The notes under the pieces are model-generated. The model did no database searches. It was not told the origin of the DNA and worked only from the letters and a program-made list of their open reading frames with translations. Both the position numbers and the translations under genes were made by a program. Positions 38,448 to 55,024 of a stretch of 64,000 bases of DNA are shown piece by piece. The DNA comes from Camelus dromedarius (Eukaryota). How positions within the stretch are numbered: position 1 is the stretch's first letter; each line of letters opens with the position of its first letter. The stretch covers positions 101,000,001 to 101,064,000 of the forward strand of contig NC_087437.1 of NCBI RefSeq assembly GCF_036321535.1, in the 5' to 3' direction.

Positions 38448-41400
38448 TGTATTTCACCAAAATAGGGGGATATGGCTCATCTCACTCCAGGCCTTTGTGT
38501 GACATCTGTGGCTTTGGCTGTGAAAAGAGCAGCTCTGGTCAAAGACTCAGGTACCAATCTGGGACTGCCAGGGCCTCGGCATCCCTGTCCTCAGGCTTGA
38601 TCAGATCAAGGACGATGCCGGGAAGAGTGGAGTTGGATTGGGCTGTCTAATGTTTAAGATGCCATGTCAGCCCAGCACTGGTGTTGCTAACGATCCTTTG
38701 TTTTCCCCTTTAATATTTAGAGGAATCTGGTTGTTACTGCTCAGGATCTATTCCTCAAATGACAGTACAGTCTCAGTGGTTATTTTGAGAGAACCATTTT
38801 GATCAAAACACTGAGTTCTCTTTGTTTTGGTTTGCCTGAGGTTTCTCTCAGTTCACTTTCTCCAGCACTGACTCGAAGGAACTGACAGAGCAATACTTAT
38901 TTGTTCAGAAGGAATTCTCCTCTACTGTGGGCATTGCATATTCCTTTTATTTGTTCTAGCACTGTACAGTGAATTTTTTCTATCCATATCAAATTATTAG
39001 TCTGTGGGACAGAGTATGAGTGTAGGTGGACGCTTGCTATCCCTTGGTTAAATTCTATCACACAATATTCTCTTGAAAGAGTCAGGAATTCTCTCTATTC
39101 ATGGAGGAATCTAAGCAGGGGGCTTGGAATGAATGGTCTAGAAAAATATAAATGCTGCAGTAGATTTATTAAGTAGTAGTTCCAAACAAATGCCACGTAG
39201 TACAAGAGTAATAGCCAACATTTGTGCTCCTAACTCAATTTCCTACGGGAAGAAAAGCTGAAAAAAAAAACTATTAAAAATCCATTACCTGTTGTTTGAG
39301 AAGCAAAATAGCATTTTTTTCTTTATCAAGCAATTGGATGCAGCAGGATGATGTACAGTGGGAGTGAGGGTTAGGCTGGCTTTGACATTTTGCTTCCTAA
39401 CTTAAATGATTAAACCTTCACTAAATTAGATCAAGGAATTTAATTTCTTTTCAAGCCTTTATGAATTTCCTCTAACACAGAAATGATCCGAGACAGAACA
39501 CTCAAGAAAATTAAACAGACACAACACTTAAAAAAAAAAAACTGCATTGCACCCTGTGGAGGGCACTCATGGACCATGAAACACACAGGGTTTCTTGGGC
39601 AATTTTCTCAATACAATTTTCAAGGCAAATTCAGATTTGTTTGCTATGTATTCACAATGTATTCACGAGTCAAGACACTCATGCGTGGTAGGGGTAAGAC
39701 TAATTTGGAAACAACCACTCTTTCTGAAGGTCTTGTATGCTACTTTTTAAAACTTGAAATCTAGTCTCAGTGCTAGTTACTAGGTGCGTTCAGTCTATAG
39801 AATAATATTTATCTACATTTGACATGGGCAGAACTAAATCCAAAGGGAGGGAATTTAATGATAGAACTGCCACATATTAACATGGGTCACATTGCATATG
39901 ACAGAGAGCAGAGGGGCTTAAGGTAATGAAGTTATCTTTCACAGCAGCCGAAGATGGGCTGTGCCTCAAGTGAGCAAGGTAAGAAAGCTGCCAGATCTTT
40001 CCCTCTGAGGCCAGGGCAGAAAGATCATCTCCTGTCCATGAAAGAAGTGCAAATGGGACTCACAGGTCAACATGATCACTGCCGGCCCGGAGTCTGCACT
40101 GTTTTATGATCTAAATAATAGAGATGCCATGGCTAGCTTCTAGGGAGGTTTCGGATTTCCCCTCAAAAGAAAGTCTCTATTAGCCTTAAAGTCAACCACT
40201 TTGGTTGCTCTCTCAATGTTGCTTTAGACTACTTAAATAAATGCACAATGTAAATAAAAAAATTCAAGGGCACGCTAGTCACAAGAATTCGGGGGCACTC
40301 GACAAGTTGAGTCCTTCCAAGATTTGACTCCATTCCAAAAAAACTGCCCACATTTAAACCCCTCTTCAAATAAACTTCTATTTCTTAGCTGTAGTAGGAT
40401 TAGCAAAACGAAGACATATACATTTTCTTCAGGAAAGAAAAGAAACGACAATGGAGCAGACCAAGGGTCTTGCCCCTTTAGGTCATCCCACTACAGACAA
40501 AGGAAAACACACCCCTGAGGTACAGCGTAGGAGCACATACACACATGCACATATGTGTACAAATTTGAGGATTTTTATTTGTGAGAATTAAGAGGGAGTT
40601 GGTATATCTGGGCAGAGAGAGGGTCATAAAGGAAGGAAAGTAGGATTTATAAATGTATTTTTAATATTATATCAAAAATTACTGAAAATGATGTGTTCAC
40701 TCATGGAAATGCCAACAAATTGGTAAAAAAAAAAAAAACCAGAAGCATCCAATGCCTAGAATATTCTGGACAAAATCTTGAAAATGTCAGTAGTCAATAG
40801 GTTCTCTTCAGTTTGACTCATAGATACCATTGTAATTTGCCAAGGGCTGTAACTTAAAATATTAAGGATGTGGCTTTTGTCATTTACTTTTTTGCATTCT
40901 CCTACTTCTAAAAATTAACTCAAAATTTGGTGTTTTAAAAATCTTGTTAAAGAAAACCATATTTAGAGATTCGATCAAACCAGCAGAATCTAAAGCTAAC
41001 TTCCATGGCAAATAGAACTGCTTCAAAGTGAAAAAAATGGCCATTTCTTTGGAGCTGTTTGTTATATCTGAATGATGTATTTTAACATCAACATAGATAG
41101 GATATGATCTCTATATGTAAAATGAACATGGAAATTAATAAAATAATAGACAGCCTAAATTGTTATTTATTTCATAAGAAAGATCATGGTAATGGGAATT
41201 GAAGAATGAATGGTAAAGTGTCATCACTCTCAGGAGTGACACTAAAGAATTTGATAATTAAGACTCCAAGGTCAAGTGGTAAGTAATTAATCAAGCCTAA
41301 CTTTTCATAATATTTTTGGTGAGAGGATTAAACTAAAGGGCACTACATTTCTTGGCTGCATAAATTGAGTCATGATTAAAATAGCCATAGTGAAGTCTCC

Positions 41401-42844
41401 TTATATATGTATTTTTTTTTTAACTCTGTGAGGCTGTAGAGTGGGGTAATGTGTTAGGCTTTTGTATTCTGTTATCGTGTCTCTGTTGAAGGAAAGGTGA
41501 TAGGCAAAGACAATGCTATTCTAGAAGACATATGGTTGCACCTTTGTTCACATTGCAAAATGCCTGAGCCGCTTGCCAGAGTTGTCAGACTCCCTTATTG
41601 GGATGCTGGAATCTGAATTGAAGCAGGAAAATGAAATGAAAAATGAATGGCTATATCATTTTGCTTTCTTTGCAGTTCCAAACATGAACTCAATGCAGAG
41701 AGACAAAGGATTCTCTAGGGCATCAGAACCCTCTAAGTCATGACATGGATCTCCGTGTCAGCCACTGATAAACTGTGCCTTGCTCTTCTGATGAAAGTAA
41801 CAGATAGGCCTTCTAAAGCACTGAGACTGACGGAATCAGACGGGAGGGGAGAGCCACCTCTCCTGGTTCCAAACCTTACGCTGGAGAGGGAGGTACATCC
41901 AGCGTGGCTGCTGTTTCCTGCTTTCCCCCAGGTGAGGGTGTGTGCAAAGCATGCGTTAACCAACAAGCTTAGGGACTCGTAGTCATTTTACATTTCCAAA
42001 TGGTTTTCAGAGAAAGACATTTGGCAGCATCCTGCACGAATAGGAGTGTTTATTCTAGGAACTTCTACTTTGATTTCACTTAGCCCTGCTTGCCCTTTAG
42101 CTAAGGGACATTTTTACCTGAAGTTTAATTAAATCCATTGTCTTCAGGGACTGATTTGCATCAGTGCTTCTTTCCCCAAGGTCCTCAACTCATATCAGGC
42201 CTCCTTGAAGTATCCTCAGTTAATGATACCTGGTAAGAGGATATTTTCTCACAACAGAAAATTTCAAATCATTCAATATATCATCTTAGGCACACTACTG
42301 AATCCTTCTGCTATGATGCTGTCCTTGCCATTTTTTTAATCATTAGCCTTTCTCTAGTTTCTGCATCCTGATGGCAACTGGAAAAATCTCCCAGGTTTAA
42401 ATGTACTTTGGTTATCTTTAAAAATTAATTTAGTGAATGATTTGGTCACGATTTTATAAATTGTATAATTAATTTTAAGAATATTATCACAACATTTAAA
42501 ATGTTTTCAAATGTTCTCGAAATAACAGAGTTAAATGGCTAACGGGTCAATGCAAAGGTTTGAAATTTCCTGCCTAAAAATTAAGAGCAAAAAGGAAGAT
42601 GAAATAGAATACATATTTGTAACAGAGCAAATAAAATCTATTAATAGCCACAAAATTTCAAGAACAAATGTATTTCTACATTTTAGTATAGATGACATTT
42701 TATGTGTATGTCACCTAGCTTAGTTAAATGTATATCAGTTGCTGTTCTTTAAAAATACATTTCAAATTATCACATGTATTTTAAAACATGTTAAGAAGTT
42801 GATCTATGTTTATTGTGAAATGTATTTTCACATTTTTAATCAAT

Positions 42845-43008
42845 TATAGTGTTTCCAGTCGCAAGTAGTAGAAATTCAAACTCAAATTTATTTAAACTGT
42901 AAGGTAAATTTATTAGCCTAGGTATTTGCAAAGTCTGAAGGTAGAGGATCTTCTGGGTTGGTTTGCTTTAAGCAATCCAATAATATTACCAATAACATTA
43001 TTTATTAC

Positions 43009-43076
<68 letters not shown>

Positions 43077-43362
43077 CCATCACTTTTCCTTCCTCCCTCC
43101 CTCTGTTTCATCCTTTCTTCTTTCCTCTTTCTCATCTTTCTTTTCTTTCTCTCTTTTCTCTCTCCTTTCTTCCTTCTCTCTTTCTTCCTTCCTTCCTTTC
43201 TCTCTTTCTCTCTCTCCCTATCTTTCTTCCTTCCTTCCTCCTTTCCTTCCTTCCTTCCTTCCTCCTTTCCTTCCTTCCTCCTTTCCTTCCTTCCTTCCTT
43301 CCTTCCTTCCTTCCTTCCTTCCTTCCTTCCTTCCTTCCTTCCTTCCTTTTCTTCTTTCTTCT

Positions 43363-43436
<74 letters not shown>

Positions 43437-43489
43437 TTCCTTCCTTCCTTCCTTCCTTCCTTCCTTCCTTCCTTCCTTCCTTCCTTCCT

Positions 43490-43550
<61 letters not shown>

Positions 43551-43607
43551 TTTCTCTCTTTCCCTCTTTCCCTCTTTCTCTTTCTTCCTTTCTTCCTTTC
43601 TTCCTTC

Positions 43608-43671
<64 letters not shown>

Positions 43672-44070
43672 TTTCTTTCTTTCTTTCTTCTTTCTTTCTT
43701 CTTCTTTCTTTCTTTCTTTCTTTCTCTTTCTTTCTTTCTTCTTCTCTCTTTCTCTCTTTTTCTTTCTTCCTCCTTCCCTTTTTAAGTACTGCTAGTTTTA
43801 TCTAAAGGCTAGACTCTGTTATGTTGGGAATTTTGCAACAGTTGTTTCAGGATTCATGTCTCTGTACCATATATTCAGTAGATTTCTCTTCCCCAGAAGC
43901 CATCAGTACTGGCCTTGTTCAGACTGATTTGCTGAATGAGATCCTGTACTTCTCAATATCTGTGGCTCCATTGATGAAATTCAGCTACTTATCTTAGACG
44001 TCAGCCACATCACCCACATGCCCCATTCCTTGAACCATGGGGGCATCAGTTTCTTTAAAAATTATGGATT
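42845..44070 (-). mobile_element. Old MaLR LTR (MLT1J/K-like) interrupted by a large microsatellite
   Basis: gtcgcaagtagtagaaattcaaactcaaa...aatttattagc at the left end. LTR-like sequence appears to resume after ~43790 (ttccccagaagcc...ttccttgaacca). Confidence 0.5.
43009..43783. repeat. (TAT)n followed by a compound (TTCC)n/(TTTC)n polypyrimidine tract
   Basis: (TAT)n at 43009-43075. No purine on the plus strand from 43221 to 43783. Confidence 0.98.
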
Positions 44071-44196
44071 CAATGGTGAAAATTTGAATACTTAAGTGAA
44101 AAAAATAGACATTGAGAAACAGCTAAAAACCCACTAAAATAGTCCATCGAGACTCATCCCACACCTTTTTTTGTCTCCCTGCTGCCTTCTCTGTTC

Positions 44197-44199
<3 letters not shown>

Positions 44200-44251
<52 letters not shown>
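44200..44251. repeat. (TG)n microsatellite
   Basis: Perfect TG run. Confidence 0.98.
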
Positions 44252-44253
<2 letters not shown>

Positions 44254-44359
44254 CTAGAAAGTTTCCTTTTGTGAAAACCAAAGAAAGAGGCTACAGACAT
44301 GGCAGCCTGTTTCTCTCCCCAGGTCTCCCAATGGCTTAACCATTTCCATCCTTATTGCT

Positions 44360-45325
44360 TTTTTTGGTAATTCACTTTTTATTTGATAATATTTTTAGAT
44401 TTATGGAGAAGTTATGAAAACAGTACAGAGCTTCTGTATACCCCACATCCAGTTTCCTCTATAGTTCATACATTAACATTACAATAGTACATTTGTCCCA
44501 ATTAATTAACATGGCTATTAATTATGGATACATTGTTATCAATTAAAATCCATATTTTATTCAGATTTCCTTAGATTTTGCATCATGTTCTTTTGGTGCT
44601 CTAGAACCTTATTTAAGAGACCACATATACATTTAGCCTTCATTTCTCCTTAAATTCATTTTGGCTCTTTTTTTTTTTTAATTGAAATATAGTCAGTTTA
44701 CAATGTGTCAGCCTCTGGTGTACAGCATCTTGGCTGTTATCGTTCTCTTAGATGTTCCATGTTTTGGATGACAGCTTGACCCTGACAGCTTTGAGGATTC
44801 AGTTAAGAATGTCCTTAATTGGAAGTTTGTCTTTTTTTTTTTTTTGGTTATGATTAGAGTGGGGTTATGGGTTTTCAAGAGGAAGATCATGGAGGTAAAG
44901 TAACATTTTCACCACATTATATCAAGGATAAATAGTGTCAACACGACATGTTGACGTCATGTGAATGTTGATTGCTTGACTGAGAGAGTGTTTGGCAGGT
45001 TTTCCACTGAAAAGTTCCTCTTTTTCATGCTGTCCTCTTTGGAAGGAAGGCACTATGTACTTAAGATGGGGCTGTTATGCTCAATTTCCTCTAGGGAGGA
45101 ATATATACATACATTACTTGGAATTCTGCACAGATTTGTCTGTTTTCCTTCAATTATTTGCTTATACAATCATTCATATCAGTATGGACTCATTGGTAAT
45201 TATTTTATGCTTTGGGTTATAATCCAAAACTACTTTACTTATTTTGTTGCTCAAATTATTCTGCCTTTGGCCAGTGGGAACTGTTTCAGGTGGCTCCAGT
45301 TTCACTTTGAAATACTCCCTCCTTC
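44360..45325 (-). mobile_element. L1MC-like 3' UTR with a nested younger L1 tail
   Basis: ttttagatttatggagaagtt...cagtacagag...ttattcagatttccttag...ttattttgttgctcaaattatt. Nested insert at 44670-44725. Confidence 0.8.
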
Positions 45326-45384
45326 ATGGTTTTCTTTTTAAGCTTCTAACCTACATGGATTTTTAGTAATTACTCGCAAGTGTT

Positions 45385-45553
45385 GTCTCTCAACTGTGGT
45401 TACCTAGGCAAGAGTACCTCTAGTATCAGAGAACTTGTTGAAATATGGATCCCCTAGACCTACTAAATCAGAACTTCTGGGTGTGGTAGCCAGCAATCAG
45501 TCTTTCAAGTCCTGTAAGGTGCTTCTGATGCATAGGAAAATTCGAGAACCAAT
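45385..45553. mobile_element. MER5A-like hAT-Charlie MITE
   Basis: gaacttgttgaaat...agacctactaaatcagaacttctgggtgtgg...cagcaatc...ttctgatgca...tcgagaacca. Confidence 0.75.
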
Positions 45554-48500
45554 AAGAAAGGAGGAGGAGAGTATTTAACCCCTTTCCACAGCAGATAATT
45601 GAAGAATAAAGCAAGTAAATGATTCGCTCATAGACACTCAGCAAATATATACCATTCTGTATGAAATGTGCTGATTTCTAGTTTGAAGGAATTTTGAAGA
45701 ATAATTTGGAATCTTCTCTTGAAATGACTGTCTCTTTCTGTTTTAAGTGAATTATTTGGTAACTTTTTGGAAATAGAGTTTAAAACCCACTTCTGTTTAC
45801 CCTAAATTCTCTCAACATCATATCATATCATTCATTTATTTATGTTTGGATTTAATTTCTCTTTCATATGATTATTTGTGAGGACAAAATCAGTAAAATG
45901 TATGTTAAACTCTATGCAGAAACTAAGTACACATATCCTCTAGAAATGAATATTAAATTATTGTTCCTGAGAACTCAAAATTTCTTACTGGTGTGTGTGT
46001 GTGTAGTTGGTTTCTCATCAAAGCCAACCAATATTACAGACAAATATTGAGTTGTATTTGATTTTGGAGTAAGTGTTGAAGAAGAATGCCAACCTTTAGT
46101 AAAAACTTTCCATTCTGGCTCAAATGAAATCCACAGTCAATTGATTTTTTTGATACATGTTCTGATATTTATCTTAATTGCTTATAATATTTTATTGGAA
46201 TCAATGATTACTTTGAGTTTGAAAGATTGTGTTACTGGGATCATTATAAACTCCTTTAAGCTTTTAAAATATTAATACATGCATAGCACAAATAATTTAT
46301 AATGCTATTTACTTTAAATTGAAAAAATGTAGTATTATTCCTCATCTCTGAGAAGAGCTTCAAATATCTATCATCTGTTCCATCTGCAAAGGCCATTGTT
46401 AACTTGCCACAGAACTCCAAGGAAGATTAAATTATATATGATAAACTGACTTCTAAAACATTGAACTTATGCTTTTATGTGTCATTTTAATGTTATTTTT
46501 TCTCATAGTTATCATCCTAAGTTGTAAAGCAAAACATAATGGTTTTTAAAATTTTGTATTTCTAGAAAGGAAGCAGTTAATGGTATTAGGTTAAGTCTTT
46601 CTTGTTACCAGTATATTCTTTGCCTAGTTTTTATATCCATATTTTAAAACAAGTGGAATATTAATACACGCTTCAAAAGTGTTTCTGAGTTATGTTTCAT
46701 TCTATAAAACCTGAAAGACTTATATCATAAAGAAAAGGATTCTGACTTTGAGTAGGTCTGTTTCTTATTGTCTGAATCATCCCTCCCAACTTCACAGGAT
46801 TTGATACAGAAACACAGCTGTCACTGCTAAGGACTTCCATAATTCCATTTTCAGGCTGGATGCTATCTGAGTGCCAAAATGACACATCAGTCATTACACA
46901 ACATGACTCACACCGTCCACATCTTGGCAGGAATATACATATTGTTAACAATAGCATTTCGCTGGAAATCTTTAAGCATTAATGCATTCCTATTTTTATT
47001 TTAACCGAAAGCTCCTAATCATAGGAATGTTGTCAACTTTTCTCACAACTGTAGAATTAATCTGGGTAGTTTTAAACTATAACTAGAGGGTTCATTTTAT
47101 TTTTTAATGATATTCTTATGATTTGTTCTTGAACACCTACCTAAAATTATTGCCAAATTATAATTCTCATTATGGTGTGCTTGTATTTGGATCTTCTTTG
47201 ATGTCTATTTGTAATTCAAAATATGTTGATTCCATTATTAGGTTAATAAGTTTAACTCAGAAAATATAAAAATAATGAAAGTTTTCATGTGAAGGGTAAA
47301 TCTGACACTCAGATATCAGAAGGTTTTAAAAAATTAAATTTTTTTTTACATCAAATATCTTCCTTTTCTATTCAGCAAAATTTTACAATCAAGATAAGAC
47401 TAAAAAGAAAGCTTAGTATATAACATTTTTATATTTCAAAGAAAGATGTATTTGATCTGCTCTTACCTTTAGTTTCTTTGTGGTGTGGCTCATTTTTAAG
47501 TGCACAAAGGTAGTTACTTTAAAATTAATTGCAAACCATAAAAGTGCATAACTATACTGAATATAATAGATATATTATGTGCTGTGTTTCAAGTACTGTA
47601 TCATTTTAAAGATATATATATAATGTTTAAATGATCTCTCTAGTAGTTTGAAGTAAGTTTTAGTGTAAAATGAGAATGAAAGATTTTAGATTATTAATTA
47701 TTCAACAAAGGACATATAATGGTTCAATTTAGCCGGTATAAAATTGACATGATCGTCAATAATGAGCTCACATTATTAAGGAAATGTTAATGTCTGTTAA
47801 TGTTAATATGAACCAAGTAATGGCATTTCTTTCTTAGGAATTTTCGCCTTATCTATTGGATAATATTTCAAGAAGTGAAATATGTCCTGTCCTCCTGAGT
47901 GCACACAGATGCACAAACTTACTGAACACCTTCCCAAGTTTGATTTTAGTCCGAGATAGTGGACAGTCCCAGAAATACCCGTGGGTATGACCAACCTGAT
48001 TTAATGTGACTACCTGATTTAGAGATGGTATGTAGATCTTGGGACCTAGAATCTGCTGTTTCCAAAGTTTTCATCACCTAACACATTTCAAGTGATCTCA
48101 TGTGATGCTTCCCCTACTGTCAATTTACAAATTATTTTTCTTAACTATTATTACATTCAGTATTTAAAGAGTATTTTTTAGGAGAGAGAACAAACAGTCA
48201 ATAGTTTTTGAATCATAAATTCATATTTAGGATTCTGTGTGATTGGCATAATCACTTGGCTTGTTTGAGTAATAATCAAAATGAAATATTTATTAAAAAT
48301 ATTCTTAGGTTAAACTTACGTGAAGGGCAGTGAGACACCTTAAAGAAGGTATTCAGCGATCAAAACAGCTTATAAATATGTATGTTTTGAGAAACTTCCT
48401 CACATCTGCATGCTCTTTCACTATTACCATTACATTTTCTTTTTCTCCAGGTCCTTGTCTGAACTGACTTAACTGTAAATTCAGTGTCCTATTCTGATAC

Positions 48501-48959
48501 AGTAGAATTAAAATCGCCGTGTTTCTAGAGTTGTAGATGTTGTGTGCTGAATGGTAGATGTCACAGAGTCATTGCTGAAGGAGAGGAAAGTCATAGGGAA
48601 AAAAGTAGGTGGAACATGTTAGTACCTATACACACCACACACATTTCATATGTTACATGCTGATGCCATAAAAATTCACACATCTGTGGGGCAAGGCATG
48701 AAAAATATGTGGTTGTCCTGCTGGCCAAAAGCAAGTTTTCAATGTGTTTTACAGAAGTAATGCATTATGGCTGAACACAAAGAACAGTTTGGAAGATTGA
48801 TTACTGTACAACTAAAGAGTAAGTTGATTCTCTTTTAGAAGAAACACTTTGCTAGGTGCTGGTTAAGCAAGAACAGGAGTAACATGATTCAAGTAGCACA
48901 TTCCGCCTCCAAAAATATCCCTAAACATGTTCATAACTGTCTCCACTTTTTTGAGACAC

Positions 48960-49715
48960 TTGTTTTTATTTATTTTTACATTATTATTGACTATATCTCC
49001 CATGCTGTACATTTCAGACTTGTGACTCATTTATTTTGTAACTGGAAATTTGTACCTCTTAATCTCCCTCATATTTCACTAATCCCACCACCCCCATACC
49101 CTCAGGGAACCACCTGTACCTTTGTGTCTGTTTCTGCTTCATTACTTTGTTTATTTTTTCTATTTTTTAGATATCAAATATGAGTTAAATCATATGGTAT
49201 TTGTCTTTCCCTGTCAGACTTATTTCACTCAGTACCCTAGGTCTGTCCACATTGTTGCAAATGGCAAGATATCATTCTTTTTACAGCTGAGTAATATTCC
49301 ATTGTGTATATATACCACATCTTCTTTGTCCATCTACTCATGGACATATAGGTTGCTTCCATATCTTGGCAATTGTAAATATATTTGAAATTTATATATT
49401 TGTAATTAAATAAAATTGTAAATTGCTGCAGTGAACATTAGGGTGCAAGTATCTTTTCAAAATCATGTTTTATTTTCTTCAGAAAAATACCCAGAAGTGG
49501 AATTGCTGGATTGTACGGCATTTCCATTTTTCGGTTTTAAAGAAATCTTCATACTGCTTTTTATATTGAATATACCAATTTACATTCCCAACCACAGTCC
49601 ACGAGGTCTCCCTTTATTCCACATCCTCACCAATAATAGTTATTTCTTGTCTTTTTGATAACAGCCATTCTGACAGATGTGAGGTGATATCTCATTGTGA
49701 TTTTGATCTATATTT
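48960..49715 (-). mobile_element. LINE-1 3' fragment (L1MA-like)
   Basis: catgctgtacatt, gtaactggaaatttgtacc, aatacccagaagtggaattgctgg, acagccattctgacagatgtgaggtgatatctcattgtg. Confidence 0.9.
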
Positions 49716-50259
49716 ATTTAAGCCTTATGTTTTGAACTCCAGTGGAATAATCAAGTTCTTAATTGCCCCTTGAACCCTATTCTAATGCAAAGTAAAGTTT
49801 TGTTTGGCAGTGTGCGTTCTACTGGTTCATATTTAAACCATCACTACTACTTTTCTTATTTTTCTGGCTCTATGATAGTCTATCCTTGCAAAACAGCCAG
49901 TACTTCCCAAGCTGGACACAGGTCAATACTGATGATGCATTTAAGAGAGGACCCTCAAATCTTTACTGATGATTTCTCATATAATATATATACACTCACT
50001 TATAACACATATGTTACATTCATATATACTGGAATAATGATAATCCCTTTAAAGTTTTTTACATATTATTACTTTTATTTTCAAATATATTTTCCTTTGC
50101 AAATCACCTTTCACCCAGACTCCTTTTATAGCCATAAGGCAAAGTCCTCAGAATATCTTAGTCACCGGTAGCAATTACCATGATTTTTATTGAAGTCACT
50201 CTCCTTCCTATTTCTCAATTTGTTGTAAATCACAGTCTTCTTTATACCAGATTACCGTT

Positions 50260-50545
50260 TTATCTGAGTCTGTTTGGGCTGCTATAACACACCGTAACAG
50301 CCTGGGTAGCTTATAAACAACAGAACTTTATTTCTCTCAGTTTTGGAGGCCAGAAGTCTGAGATCAGGTTGACAGCACGGTTGGGTGGGGGCTTTTCTCT
50401 GGGTTACTAGCTTCTCATTGTGTCTCATAGTGGGAGGAGCAAGGGATCTCTATCTCTTTAACTGAATTAAGTCTGTTCATGAGGTCTCCACCCACATGAC
50501 ATGACCACTTCCTAAAGGCCCCACCTCTTAATACCGTAACTGTGG
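50260..50545 (-). mobile_element. MaLR LTR (MLT1A-like)
   Basis: agtctgtttgggctgctataaca...gcttataaacaacagaac...ggaggccagaagtctgagatcagg...aaaggccccacctcttaatacc. Confidence 0.88.
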
Positions 50546-51499
50546 ATATTAGATTTTCAACAGAAAATTAATGATTTTTTTAATTTAAAAGAGTGTGTTG
50601 AGTCATTTTCTCCAAAATATGGTGAATGTTTTCCTATTCTTCCTAATTAAAATCTACTATCCTCTTAAAAATCCAGCTGAAATGCAAACACTGCAGAAAA
50701 AGCTTTTTTAAAAAAAATAAAAAAAATTTTTTTAGATCTAAAGAAATCTTATTCTGCCCTATGCTCCCAATGTCTTTTTGGGGTTTTACAGAAGTTGTTA
50801 ATTCACTGTCTCATGCGACACATATTTGTGGAAAGATGTTTCTTTCTAGAGAACAGAAATCATGGAAGACTCAGCATCACGTTCTGTTGTATATGACATA
50901 TACTTTATTAATAATTGTTGTATTGATGTTTTCGATTGGCTCCTTAATCTCCTTAACCACAGGTTAGTGTTCCTTTTTTTGATTGTTTTGTTTTGATTTT
51001 TGCTGTACAACTAGCTGAAGAAAGAATAATAATTTCCAAATAATTTTACCCTTATGATTTCACTTAGCCAGAACTAAAAGAGTATGAATTGATTTTTTTT
51101 TTTTTTTTGAGCGATGAAGTGTTTCTCATCATTTCTTGAAGTCTCAGTCTAGTCAGTTTTGGCAATGTATATAGTTATATATCTGTTAAAAAAGACATCA
51201 TTTTTATAATCTAACTAGTGGTCTCTAAATTCTATGATCTGTAGTTATTCTTGGTAGATTATCAATACTATAGGAAACTTATCCCATTTCTATTCAATTG
51301 TATAGCAGGAAAAATAAAATATAGCCTCATTGTATAGGTCAAAGTAACTGTCTTACTTTTGGAAGACATGCATGGCTAATGAAGTATACCTTAAGGTTAT
51401 TATATATTTTGTCAAAAAGAAGTGAACATTTATTTTATTTTAAAAGCAAACTATATTAAGGACAGTTAGAGACCAGAAGCTTCTATAAAAGCTATAATT

Positions 51500-54200
<2,701 letters not shown>

Positions 54201-55024
54201 TTGAAACAGATCTCTACCTTCTCTACATTATTTTTTGTATAATCCTCTATAAATATGAGACCACTTTAAGCAAAATGCACAATATCATAGTTCTTATAAA
54301 TAAAAAGAACAAATAGACAGAGCAGTAATATATTGTATTAGCGTGATTATGATTAAAATGTATTTTATTTATACTACCCACTAACAATTTTAAGTTTGAC
54401 ATTCAAAACAATTACTGGAATTATGTGCAGCATTAGGTAAGACTTCACTTACCTATTTCTTGGTCAGTGATCTTAGCACAATAACTTATTGATTTTTATT
54501 ACTACTCATGTAAATTTTATTTTATTAATGTGTTTTATTATATTAATTTCACATAAATTATTTTCAAAGTAGAGCATTCAGTAAGCAACTTGATATAAAA
54601 TAGTATTAAATGTTTTTATACTTATGTTTTAACTTTATGTATTTTTGAGCATTAAAATCCCATATGTAAATAATTTTAACACTTTCTTTTTCTGTTTAAT
54701 TTGTTTGCCTACTTTACCATAACAATTACTGGATAATTATACAATTGTCTTCTCCATGTGTTTTGACATTTTTAGAATTGGTCCTAAAAGATATGTTCCT
54801 TTCATCTTAAGAAATATCTAAAGTATGAAAGGAGGCCTGTTTCTTTTTTTTTAACTTTCAGATTTCTCTGCGCTTGTCCTCCTTTATATAGTCCCTTTAG
54901 TGTAGCATCTAAATCATTATACATCTAGCTAATTGTTCTGAGAACAAGATCTATTAAACACCATATAAGAAATCTCTGGCTATAAATTATTGATGCAGAA
55001 TGAAAAGGAAAAAAGAAAAAACCT

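Noticed and set aside
38149..38650. His/Thr-rich and Cys/Val-rich ORFs
   Set aside because: Derived from the (CA)/(TG) microsatellite.
42926..43795. 289-aa and 275-aa ORFs (poly-[10 protein letters not shown] repeats)
   Set aside because: Translations of (TAT)n and TTCC/TTTC microsatellites, which lack stop codons in these frames.
47838..48027. Plus-strand exon-like segment (ttcttag|GAA...ATG|gtatgt)
   Set aside because: In-frame stop before the donor, no recognisable peptide and no partner exons.
48435..48455. Strong isolated acceptor ttttctttttctccag|G (similar one at ~44322)
   Set aside because: No convincing donor or open frame; such sites are common by chance.
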